Shown: positions 47,598-59,337 of the stretch, piece after piece | Layout: each line of letters begins with the position of its first letter | Numbering within the stretch: the first letter of the stretch is position 1 | Assembly (NCBI GenBank): GCA_904063045.1 | Contig: CAJFCJ010000006.1 | Coordinates: 992,001 to 1,056,000, forward strand | Source: Dimorphilus gyrociliatus | Taxonomy: Eukaryota; Animalia; Annelida | Reading direction: 5' to 3' | DNA length: 64,000 nucleotides | Translations under genes and position numbers: made by a program | Notes under the pieces: generated by a model | Told to the model about the DNA's origin: nothing | The model's database searches: none | Seen by the model: only the letters and a program-made list of their open reading frames with translations

Positions 47598-48608
47598 ATG
47601 TATCGGCACCAATCTATATGTTTTGTACCCGCTTCAAATAACCATGATCAAGCTAAAGAGAAAAGTTTAGTAAAAGAGTCTAACGAAATTCGGATCGGAG
47701 AAGCAGCTAAAGAGTTCTACAATGAAATAATAGCGGAACCTTCCGAGCAGGAAGTTACTGTTAAAAGCTGTCTGGAGCCTACAGATAATTCCAACGTAGA
47801 AACAAATTGTACAAAAACTGAAGTGCTAAAGAGTAAAAAAATTCTACCATCGGACTCGTATAAATATTGTAATATATTTTTGAAACATGCAACTGATGGA
47901 AACATTGAAAAACTGAAAGAATTGCTTTCTAAGGATTTAAATATTAACATACAGGATGACTACCAATGGACAGCGCTAATGTGTGCAGCAAAAGCGAATA
48001 ATTATGAAGTTGTAGATTTTTTAATTAAGAATGGAGCTGATGTTACATGTACTGATATGAATGGTTTATCAGCGTATGATCTCACGAATTCAACAGCAAT
48101 AAAAAATTTATTTCATGATATGGAAGACGAAGATACTAATGCAGAAGATTATAATGACTCTGAAGAGGCTAATGAAGTTTATTGCAGTGTTTGTGATGTA
48201 ACTGTCAAAGATATTGATGAACATGACAAGAGTATACCTCACATAATGAATAAGCCGAAGCTGGCAACAGGAAGTTGCTATTATATTCCATGCACAAATA
48301 AAGGATATCAGCTTATGATGAAACAAGGATGGGACGGGGAGAAAGCTCTCGGGAGGGAAGCCGAGGGTACGAAGTATCCAGTGAAAACCATTTTAAAACG
48401 TGATAGAATTGGTCTTGGTGGTAATAAAAAGAAACAGATCCCAAGGGTATCTCATTTTGATCCTTTCGATACTACAGCTATAAAGCGACGATCCGAACTT
48501 TATATTAATAAATCACCAAGAATATTTAAAAAGAAGCATTTCAAAGAACAATTAAATAAAGAAAAAAAAATTGAGAGATTTTTTAGAAGAGAGTTTGATG
48601 CCTACTGA
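47598..48608 (+). CDS. GPANK1: G-patch domain and ankyrin repeat-containing protein 1, intronless CDS
   Basis: N-terminal MYRHQSICFVPAS, ankyrin repeats (WTALMCAAKANNYEVVDFLIKNGAD), CSVC..H..H-like finger and G-patch NKGYQLMMKQGWDGEKALG. Confidence 0.9.
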   Translation: MYRHQSICFVPASNNHDQAKEKSLVKESNEIRIGEAAKEFYNEIIAEPSEQEVTVKSCLEPTDNSNVETNCTKTEVLKSKKILPSDSYKYCNIFLKHATDGNIEKLKELLSKDLNINIQDDYQWTALMCAAKANNYEVVDFLIKNGADVTCTDMNGLSAYDLTNSTAIKNLFHDMEDEDTNAEDYNDSEEANEVYCSVCDVTVKDIDEHDKSIPHIMNKPKLATGSCYYIPCTNKGYQLMMKQGWDGEKALGREAEGTKYPVKTILKRDRIGLGGNKKKQIPRVSHFDPFDTTAIKRRSELYINKSPRIFKKKHFKEQLNKEKKIERFFRREFDAY

Positions 48609-48685
48609 TTTAATTTTAGCATATCTTATCTGTTTACAATTCGATCGTCAAAGACTGACATAACATTTGTTTTCTATCAGGGATA

Positions 48686-49470
48686 ATGGATCAAGATTCA
48701 AAGTTTATTTTAGAACACTTAGAGAATGTTGAAGGTATTGCTGACGATATACTCTCTCAGAAGCAGGACATTATAGAGTTGGATAAAAGGAGAAATAAAA
48801 CAAGGGAAGCTATAAGGTTGTTGTTCTAATTTTAGCTTTTAAACTTTACCATCGATTTTTTCGCTGTGTGATGATAGGTGTTTAATGAAAGCCGAATCAT
48901 CGGCGAAATCTTGGGTTAATTTTGGTTCAAATTTTATAAAAATGGAGAATAAAAAAGCAAGAAATATGTTAGAAAATGGTGTGTATACTCTATATTCTAT
49001 ATAAACATGTTTAAATTATAGATTAAATCAGAATATCAATTTGCCAAGTCATTAATTGTCATTTAGTAATAATACAAAATATTTATCAATCTTGTATAAT
49101 TAAAAACTGACATCAATAATGCGAGAATGTAATTTTTTTCAAATAATTAAGGAAGCGTCAGAGTTTACTGATGTCCCTATTTGTTTAACAATTATGGCGT
49201 ATCGACTGATATCTAATGCACCGTTCTAAGTGGTTTTTTTTTAGTAATCACGTTTTAGACTTAAATTTAATAAAAGCGAAGTAATTATTTACCTCTGGTT
49301 TTTTTTTTGCAGATTTTGAAGTAATAGAAAAAGAAGTCTCGGAAAAGCGGCGACAATTAAAAGTAGGCGTAAATAAATTAAGAGACGCTGAAAATAAAGA
49401 ACCTGTGAAAGGATTCAATTTAAAACCACTTTCCGAAGCAGAATTAAAAGAGTTACGAGCAGAATTCTGA
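48686..49470 (+). CDS. PDRG1: p53 and DNA damage-regulated protein 1 (prefoldin-like) (exons 48686-48816, 48878-48978, 49313-49470); absent from the ORF track
   Basis: Spliced product includes LENVEGIADDILSQKQDIIELDKRRNKTREAIR, WVNFGSNFIKM and LKVGVNKLRDAENKEPVKGFNLKPLSEAEL, matching PDRG1 motifs. Phases are consistent. Confidence 0.9.
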
Positions 49471-49876
49471 TGAAATTTATTGTTTTCAGTATAAATCTTT
49501 TAGAAAATACAAAGATTTTTATTTTAAACCTTTTCAAATATATATTGTATAATTATGACTATAAAAAAATCTAGTACTCCTATCCTAAGCCAAATATAAA
49601 AGTCAGACGATTGTCTTTTTGAAAACGTCTACAGCTTTGATCAAGTATTAATATATATAATTTATTATATAAAAACGTTTAATAATTCTGAGCCTAGACT
49701 AAAACTCAAAAAATGAATGTCTATATAAGCCAGATGTGCCTCATTTTAAATTCCATGTTAAAATTGATTGTTTAAACCCAGAATGTTTGCTGCTATTTAT
49801 TTTTGTAGAAAGCTGAATATACACTCTCTAGTTTAAAAGAAAAATAATAATTTTTACATACAGATTACAGTTGGGC

Positions 49877-49907
<31 letters not shown>

Positions 49908-50284
49908 GTATATACATATGTATAAAAGAGCCCCATAAATCCCAAGTCGCGGTGTGTATATTTACAAAAAAAAAATACCATAATTTAGGAATCCTTTTTT
50001 TTTTCTTCTTTTTTTTGCATAGAAAAATTTGGCGGAGATGTTGAAAGAGACTAGTAATTTTTTTTAACTGTAATACAAATAAGTTAACAAAACAACGACT
50101 AAAAACAAAAACTACATGTTTTGATAGACATTCCCGTGTATAACCAATTTTTCTTTGTTTTGTAATGAATGATTTAAAAAAAATAGTAAATGGAAATAAG
50201 ATGAGAATTACTATCAAACATATGCGATCTTATAAATGTTTAAAATCCCTGTCGTTTTAAGAACGAACGTCAGTAGGAAACCAT

Positions 50285-50536
50285 CTAAGGATCGAAAACT
50301 GGGAGGCTGGCGATACGTTTCTTTTCTTCCTCCTCTTCGTCCCTTGCCAGAAATAATGAATGACTAAATCCACAAGCGACTTTCTTGATATAAATGTTTT
50401 CCAGAGGTCTCGATTCGCTTGGAGTGGTACAAGACTTTGGCTCTCCAGATGCCAATTCGCCGAAAGTTGGACTTGGTCCCCAGCTGACTACGCTTTCGTC
50501 GGCAGCGACAACTATACTTTTATAGCTGCGACGAAA

Positions 50537-50578
<42 letters not shown>

Positions 50579-51986
50579 TATACGGTATACTAATATACTA
50601 ATATATTCGTCATTCTCTTATAATTAAAATAATAAATAAATAATATTTACCAGCAACCAATGCTCCGTATGTTCCATCCACTTAGATCCTGAACAGGTTT
50701 AGGATACATTGTGGCTTCCCCCGTAGGCTTTTGCTGACCCCACATATAGAGCTGTGAGGCACATCCAACTGCAAGTGAAAATTGAGAACCACACTGAATT
50801 TGGGTTACCCCTTGATTTGGACCTTGAAATGCTTTGACGAGACGTGGAACGAGCTCATTTTTAGGTTCGGCATGGCCTAGTCGACCATAACCGCCAAAAC
50901 CCCATGTATATAATCTTTTATTTGAATCGCATGCTAATGTATGATTTACACCACAGGCTATTTGTTCTATTTCAACATCCAAAACTGGTGTAACTGTACC
51001 GTCTCTTGATTTTTCGATAAATACAGCTACCTTTCTCGGCTTAAGTTCGCAGTTATAAGCTAGCTTGTTGCTGGTAATGAAGTATTTTCCATCCGTATTA
51101 TGTCCTAACTGGCCATATTCTGGATGACCAAAGGAATATAAATTTCCTCTGATATCGACTGCCATAGAAAATTCACCACCGCAAGCTACTTTTTTTATTG
51201 GTGGACCTGAATGCGCCACCAGAGTTGGACTGGGTACATGATTACTCTGATGGCCCAGACCCAATTGTCCCATTTTATTATCCCCACACGAAAGCAATCT
51301 TCCTTTATCGGTTAAAAATATTGTGTGATTCTTTCCAACGGCTCCGTCAACGACATTCATAGTAAAAAGGCTTTCAACAGGCGATGGTTTATCTTTTCGT
51401 TCAGTATCTCCGTGACCTAATTGACCTTTTTCATTTCTTCCCCATGAGTAGACTTTTCCTTCAGTTGAAATTACAAAGAGGTGTGCGGCGGAACACCCAG
51501 CAACAACCATCCTTATTCTAATACCTTGTAAAGAAGCAATTCTATGTGGAGTGTATAAATTTTTCCCACCATTGTTTTTCACAGCATTTGGTACTCTATT
51601 TCTTCCTACCATATCCCAATTTGCGCAACCGCTAAAAAGCAATTCACCACTTTCGTCGGGTGCTTCCAATTTCTACAAAACGGATTAAAACTTAGTTATA
51701 AACATCAATGCACAGTCACGTGACAACAAAGGAGCAATTAGCCACTAGGTATAAAAATTGCCAGAAAATTATTTCACACGAATCGAAACTAGGAATACGA
51801 TAGGCCTAGAGCGGCGCATCGTCGTAATAAGAAAAAATCTCTTACAAAGTCTGCGTAAAGCCCATCTTCTGTTATATCACTTTCTATTGGGGCAGCGTGA
51901 GAACCATTGGAGTTCTCCAGCTTCTTTCTACCTTTTTTGTGGGCAGGATCATTTTCAGTTTCGTTCTTTCGCTTTTTCGGCGGCAT
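50285..51986 (-). CDS. RCC2: RCC2 / TD-60, about 467 aa (exons 51986-51846, 51672-50651, 50525-50285)
   Basis: Basic NLS-like N-terminus, GELLFSGCANWDMVGR, RCC1 repeats (SWGRNEKGQLGHGD, SFGHPEYGQLGHN) and SWGPSPTFGEL. Confidence 0.93.
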
Positions 51987-52678
51987 TCTGCTAAAACGCT
52001 TTTCTGATTAAAAGCTTATTTTTCTGCTTTTGTGTAAACAATGAATGACGCGCTAACGATCTCTTTCTCGCAGAGTCTCGTATTCTACTGATGTACGCCA
52101 GGAGTAATGTTCGAAGATGTAGCGTGGAACTCGAGCCAGGCGATTTTCGGAACGAATATTAGAACGACCATGATTGGTTACATTTTTATACTTCCTCCAA
52201 TAAGCTCTTGCATAGCATGAAAAATAGATATTGCTGATACACCTTAAATCATATCTAGAGATTTGATTCGCTGTCATCTAAAAAGATTACCTAATCTATT
52301 CTGTTATCTGGAGTGTAAGTTAGTTAAACATTATCGCTAAATTAGTGTTATTTCTATCCTTATACCTCCTTATAGATTACCAAATGTAACATTTTATGCT
52401 TATATTAAACCCTAAACATTTTCTGTGCTGTCCCTAACACACACGCCCATCCCAGTGTATCATCGTAAATTTTAAAAATAAAAAAACTTAAATTTATAGT
52501 TAAAAGTGTTTCTCTTTGCACTTAGTTTTAAGTGTTGATTTTTTTTTAAAAGAGTTGTTGTCACAGCAAATATTAACAGCGCCTGATCGATTTTATTGTT
52601 AATTCGTCTATCGTATCGTCATAACATTCGTGTACTTTAAGAGACTACTCATTTTATACAGAATAAGGCAATATCATA

Positions 52679-53989
52679 ATGCAAGAGCAACAAAATCCAT
52701 CCTATACCACTGAAGGACAGCAACAGTCTCAGCCTCCGCCATACGGTACGTTTTTAATAAATTTTCTGTTCTTTTATTCGGAATGCTTTTAGAGTATTTG
52801 AATAATTAAATAGAATTGAAAGCGCTCTCTAAACGGTCGTCATTGCTTGTTAAAATGACGGAGAGAACGCTTGATATTGAGGATAATATTGAATTGCCTC
52901 ATAATTCTAACAATTCAACAGGCATCCAACAGCAACCCCAGCAATACGGCCAACCTCAGCAGTACGGTCAACCACAGGGCCAGCCACCAAATCAACCTCA
53001 GTATGGGGTAGGTCAACCCCAGTATGGTCAGCCTCAATACGGACAACCTCAATACGGACAACCAGGACCTCAGGGATACGCAGGGGGTCCACCTCCTCAA
53101 CAAATGCAGCCCTACGCTGGAGGGCCAGGACAACCTCAACAAGCAACTTGGATGACTAAGCCAGTGTTTAGTGGCTGTCCACCAGGCTTGGAATATCTAA
53201 CTCAAATAGATCAGATCCTAGTCCATCAGCAAATTGAGTTATTGGAAGTTGTCACCAGTTTCGAAACCCAGAATAGATATGTTATCAAGAATTCCATGGG
53301 CCAACAAGTGTACTTTGCTTCTGAAGAGTCTGATGTTTGCATGAGACAATGTTGTGGTCCGCAAAGAGGCTTTGCAATGCATATTTCTGATAATGCTGGA
53401 CAAGAAGTTATCCGCGTACAAAGGCCTTTTAAATGCTGTGCAGGAACAGCTTGTTGCGCTTGTTGCGATCCCTGTGCACAGGAATGCGAAATTCAAGCAC
53501 CGCCTGGCCAAACAATCGGCTATGTGAAACAGTCGTGGAGTTGTTTGGCGCCAAAATTTGAAGTTTTGAACGAAAATCAGGAAACGATATTTACCCTTAG
53601 TGGGCCGATATGCTTTTGTCAAGGTAACGTTAAATTGATTCTTATTTTTAAAGTGTATTTAAATACTGTGTTTTCTTAACCTATTCATGTAGGACCTTGT
53701 TGTATGTGGGATATCGAATTTATTTTGGCCTCACCTGATGGAGCAGAACAAGGTAAAATTTCAAAACAATGGAGTGGATTAGTAAAAGAATACTTTACAA
53801 ACGCGGATAACTTTGGCATTAATTGTAAGTGCTACAATTTTAAAGTAAACAATGTCTATATATGATTTTTTATTTTTGAAAACAATAGTTCCAATGGATT
53901 TAGATGTTAAAATGAAAGCAGTTCTCTTAGGATCCGTTTTCCTAATTGACTTTATGTTCTTCGAACAACAACAACAAAACAAGCAGTAA
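52679..53989 (+). CDS. PLSCR: Phospholipid scramblase with Q/P/G/Y-rich N-terminus (exons 52679-52745, 52814-53623, 53693-53824, 53889-53989)
   Basis: [30 protein letters not shown], palmitoylation-type Cys cluster [32 protein letters not shown] and [26 protein letters not shown]. Confidence 0.93.
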
Positions 53990-54481
53990 CTTTGGTGACT
54001 TGAAAATTTATTTTGGATATTTATCATTTATGTTTTTCCTTCTTTTTTCCATTCTTTTTTTTAACTTTTAACTAATACTTATCAATCTCTTTTATGCAAA
54101 CTTTACAAATGTTTTGATGAGATCTGTATTTTTTTTTTCTTATATCTTTTTTAAATATGTATTATCAGCCTTACAGATTAAGAAGGGGCTTTACTGCATG
54201 TATTCTATATGACGAAGAGGGATTATTAATAAGAAGTGAATTTCTCACATTTTTTTTTTCTGTGCTGAAATCTCACTAAAAGAAAAACTTTCAACGCGCC
54301 ATTTCATATATATATATATATATATCGATTTCTTCTAAGTTAAAATAAAAAATTGAGTAAAAACAATACAATTTAAATAATATCAAAAACTTATTATCTA
54401 ATTGTACATTATATACAATTTTCTATTATACTATTTATTTTAAGTTTAATAAAATAAAAATATTTGGATAATTCAATTTTT

Positions 54482-57400
54482 TCAAGTTTTATTCTCTCTT
54501 ATTATTTTTTTACAGATGACCTTCTTTCGTAATTTTGTTTGAGTTTCCATATTATTTATTTTATTATGTTGATTATCCCTACTTAAATTACTCTTTGTCC
54601 AACGATCACGAGCTGATGACTCAGTGGCTGTCTTACCATTCATATTTTCCTTTAATGTATCTATTCTATTGATATCACTATTCAATTTTGGCAGCGAAGT
54701 GTTTGCTAAATGTTTCAAAGGATTAAAATTGGATCTATTCTCTGAAATTGAACCCAAGTGACTGGTTACTGCGTCAAGAATAGATGACTTCTTATCATTT
54801 TGTATCGTATCTTTATCTTGGTGAAATGAGTGAGGACTATTGATCAAAGTAATTTTTGTCGTCGGGGCCTTTCTCGCAACAGATCTTAAATCTGACTCTT
54901 CTTTGATCCCTCTAAGACTATCGCATAATTTTTGGCACATTTCCACAGCGTCCTGATCAATATCGGTCTTGGCAGAATTAAAAGACATAGTCGCTAGCTC
55001 AGTGTCATATCTATCATGATTGTTATGATAATCCAGTGTTGAATTGAATGGTGGATTCATATCACCAATAGCCGTCGACGTTGAAAATCTTCGTGATACA
55101 AATTGATTTTGGCCTTTTAGCATAAAATTTCTCCTAAACTTTTTGGGTTGCCTTTCGATCATTTGATTTCCAATATTGTTTGGCTCGTGTCTGTAAACTG
55201 GGATTCTATTTGCTTTAGAAAAGGTGGATTGTTCGTGTTGCTTAGTTGCAAGGTTTACATAATTTTTTAACGCTAATTCTGGCGAAGAAGCTATTGTTTT
55301 AAATTGACCGGGACAAGGAGAGAAATCTTGAATTGTATTCCCCGTTTTAATCTTATTAAATCGATTATTCCTATTATTATCGTATTCCCATATATGGGTA
55401 GGCTTGGGTAAATTATTAAATGAACCATCTTGGTCATTGTTAGGCATTTGCTTGACTTGTTTTAATAATTCATTATCTTTGTATTCAAATTGATTTCCCT
55501 GAGAGTTGGGTTGCTCATAGTACCGTAAATATTTGCAATATTCTTCTCCTACGACATTCGTATTAAAAGGATGGATTAACAACATAATTAAAGGGGAAAC
55601 GGAATAAAAGAGTAGACAGACCTTCTTGAAAAGCTTCCTCAATAATTTTTGCCCTATATCTGTAAAATGTTCTGACAATAATCCATAAAATAAATAGAGA
55701 AAAAACAAAAAGACAGATGAATAATAACGAAAAACCCCAACCCCATACTTCTGTAAATGTTAAAGAAAGATCATTTTAATGCTATTATAATAGGCTAATT
55801 GATTGTTTGTCATTTTTTTTTGCTATTAATAATAATTATTATCCTATCCTTAACCTCTTTCGCAAAACGTTCCCTTAAAATATTTAGTACATTTACAAAC
55901 GTTTTTATCGTTTTCAATGACGCAAACACCTTCATTGCGACAAATGTTAGGCGCTAAATGGCAAATTGTTGAACGTGTATTTATAGAGACAGTTTGTATA
56001 GCTGAAAAGAAGAAAAAAGAAATAGGTCTATTGAATATGCATGAGGTGATTTAATAAGTTTGAAAAGAAATAGAAAGTGGGCCGTAACTTACAAGAATCC
56101 GCTGTATCGATGATGCCATTACGCCTAATAATAATACAATGGTATAGGCCTTCATCAGATTTTGCAACTTTGAATACAGTTAAATTCAAACCAATCAGCT
56201 TATACTTATTGCTGTTAATATCATTAAATTATTGAAATATCTCTATAATAAAACAATTAATAAATTTTAATTATTCACTAACCGATATTCGTATGATGTA
56301 GACTTTATCAATCTTCTTGTAGGCGTAATCCAAGAGAGTTGTCGGTCATCTGACTTTCTTATTTGTTTACAAGATAATGTTACGTTATTACCTATTCTAG
56401 TTGATATTAGCGTTTGAATATTGTCTAATGAAAGCGTTTTTTGTTGTATTATTTAGTTAGATACGTAATAGTTTTTTGTTTTATTTTACTTTGATAACAA
56501 GCCGGTTCGACGCACAATTTCGTTTGAGATTCTTCTCCTTCGCAATGGATTTTATTTGTTTCCCTATTTGAATTTCTATTTGAACATTTCCTATAACGTT
56601 TTCGTTCACCAGCTCCACATTTTACGTTACAAGACATCCATTCTAACCAATAACTCCATTCTCCAGTTAGCAAATGTCTCCTAAGATTTACTGATCTACC
56701 TATCCTCTTTGAAAAAACAATTTTTGGTATTTCAATTTCAGTTGGTAACGAAGGATCATCTCCAATATTAGGAATGCTATTAAACTCCAAATTTGCTCTT
56801 TGGATATCAATCTTGTTATGTTTAAATAAGACAAAAAGAGAAGCAACAAAACCGCCACCTCCTCCAATCGATAATCTATATTTTCCATAAAATATAATAT
56901 TACCAATTTTCTTTTTGCATTTACGTTGCAGATATCTGAGATTTTGAGTTTCTCGACTGCAATTTGGGCCAAAATTAAAGTTCAAACTGCTTCCATAGAA
57001 AATTCGAATTTCTGACGCTGTATTATTACCAGTCACGATTATTCGACAACCGGAACGATTGGCGAATTTTGATGTATAAACCTCTTTTAAATAGCCCCAG
57101 GGTGTTACCAACACAACCGTGATTGACTTATTTGCCCATAAAATAGTTATAGTATGATGATAATTAGAATCAATGGAGTGACTAGTTGCTAATGAATCGT
57201 TACTATTTAAAGGAAAAAGTAAGATTGGTTTTAAGTATGATCCTATCTTATCTCTTTTCTCTTTAGTATCCATTTTTATCATTTTACTTTTAAGAGAATT
57301 AATCAGTAGTTTGATAGGCTTAAATCTCTTTTTATCTGCCAATTGCAACAGTCTCCATTCGGAATCTATAGATTTTATGATAGAAGATAGATTCTTTTGA

Positions 57401-58990
57401 TCAAAGTTTTGTCCCTTTAGCCTGTTGCTGGCATTTAATTTTGAAATGACATTTAAGAGAGTCTCTTCAATTCTTCCAATATCATAGGATTCTCTAGTAG
57501 TTCGTTCATTCTTATAATATGATGGGAAAAGCGAACGAATCCAAGTGAAAAAGGATTTTGTCCATCTTGCTAAGTAAGACATTTTTAACGGTGTCTTCTC
57601 TATGGCGGATGATGAATTGCAAATCCGATTTCTAGTTTGTTTACAATCACTCAAGTTCCCATTCATCACAATATTTGGACGAAATGATGATAGTTTAACA
57701 GTTCTGTTAATTTTCGCTTCAATCGTTCTTTCTACAACCTTAACATCTTTAACATTTCTAACCGATAATGTTCGATTAGCCTTATCTTTTGGTTTTTCTA
57801 AAAGGTGCGAGATTTTATCATTTTTCTCTAATCTACTGATGATCTTTCTTCTCTTCTCCATCCAATCTAATGCAATTCTATCTGTTCGTCGACTCTTTGT
57901 CTCTAATTGGGAAATTTTCAGGGGAAAATTACTGATTCTACTCAGCTGGGAAAGCAAATTTTCCAATTGACTTTTAATTGTTTCCAAAGAAACATAGTTA
58001 ATTAAAAATCTTTTTGTTTCTAATCCATAAAAATATTTATCGACCGGAAGTAATTTAAATATTTTATAAAATTCATTATGTAATTCCAGAAGGTCGTCTA
58101 AAATTGTTGTTTTCGCATAGAAAACATAAAATACTCTTAATGTATCCTCGAATTTGAACAATAACGTAGAAATATCCTTTATCTCTTTAACAGGTTTCCA
58201 TAACTGCTTTTCAGAAATCAAAAATCTATTTATATCCTTATTCTCTCTAAACTTAGTGCAAATTTCTATTAATAACTCGGTGAAGTTAAGCATTTGGTCG
58301 GATAGATTCGTTTTAGATTGTTCAGTCGTTAAAAAGCTTAGATAGTCATGACAGACTGAACCTATTAGATCTAGTTTTAAACGTATTTTGTGGAGAAGAT
58401 TGAGACTCGATGAGTTAAAGTATTGACGTTTAAAAAGCTTTAGTTCTTTGTTTATAGATGAATTCTTTATATGCGACATATTTGATAGGTTGTCTGCATA
58501 ATCATTCAACCATTCTGAAGCGTTTGCTTCGTTTACCGGATAACTGAGGCGTGCGAACGATGTGCTTGAGTTTGCATGATCCTGCTTATAAATAGGGCAA
58601 ATATAAGTTTGGGTCAGTTAGTTTGCACTCTTTTCAAGATAATAATACTAAAAATAATAACATTTTTGCGGTGCAGATGTTCTACTGTAGCTTGAACATC
58701 TGTCTTGCACGGAGTAACGTAGCAATCAATGTGAACTTCTATAAAAATTAAAGTCTTATTGGTATCTGTATTTATTTTAATGCTATATCTTACGGCGTAA
58801 GATTTCAGAATATCTTCTTTGCCTAATGTTATTGTTCAGTCCTCTTTGAAGTTTTGAAGTACTCTCCGCCGGACGTAATAGAACGGTCCATTTTCCTGAA
58901 TTAGCAATAACCTAATGATTCACAAATTGAGTTGCAATTTATTGGAAACTTGCCGTCTTTAATTTTCTGCTTTAAACCAGTTGTTTGTTG
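54482..58990 (-). CDS. Large single-pass membrane protein: long N-terminal region - TSP1 - Ig - EGF - TM - cytoplasmic tail (exons ..-56465, 56396-56283, 56211-56093, 56001-55855, 55750-55622, 55548-..); 5' and 3' ends approximate
   Basis: TSP1 WSYWLEWMSCNVKCGAGERKRYRKC; Ig GNNVTLSC..LSW..DEGLYHC; EGF CHLAPNICRNEGVCVIENDKNVCKCTKYFKGTFC; TM WGWGFSLLFICLFVFSLFILWIIV. Splice phases are consistent across these exons. Confidence 0.75.
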
Positions 58991-59337
58991 AACAAACACA
59001 TATAAACTTAGAAAAAAGACATGGATTTGCATTTTAAATGACAATAAATTTTTTCGAATTTTTAAACCAGAAATTTATTATTTGGTAAATTCTCGGAAAA
59101 AAAGATATTCAACAATTTTTGTATTCGATATCAAAACAATTCTCAAAAATACGATAACAAGATATATCGTAAGGGCAAACAAATTTGTCCGTCAAACTGA
59201 CCATGTATCACAGACACTGGGAAAATTGTTTGTCTCAACAAAGTCTCAAAGGAGTAAAACGTTAAATAAATCGTCAATTTGAACACAAATGTTGTGTAGA
59301 AGCGATGGAGAAAGCAGGGATCAGCAGAGAATTATGT

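Noticed and set aside
48979-49312. snoRNA in the long PDRG1 intron (and in EDC3 intron 45016-45239)
   Set aside because: No canonical C box paired with a D box, and no clear H/ACA double hairpin.
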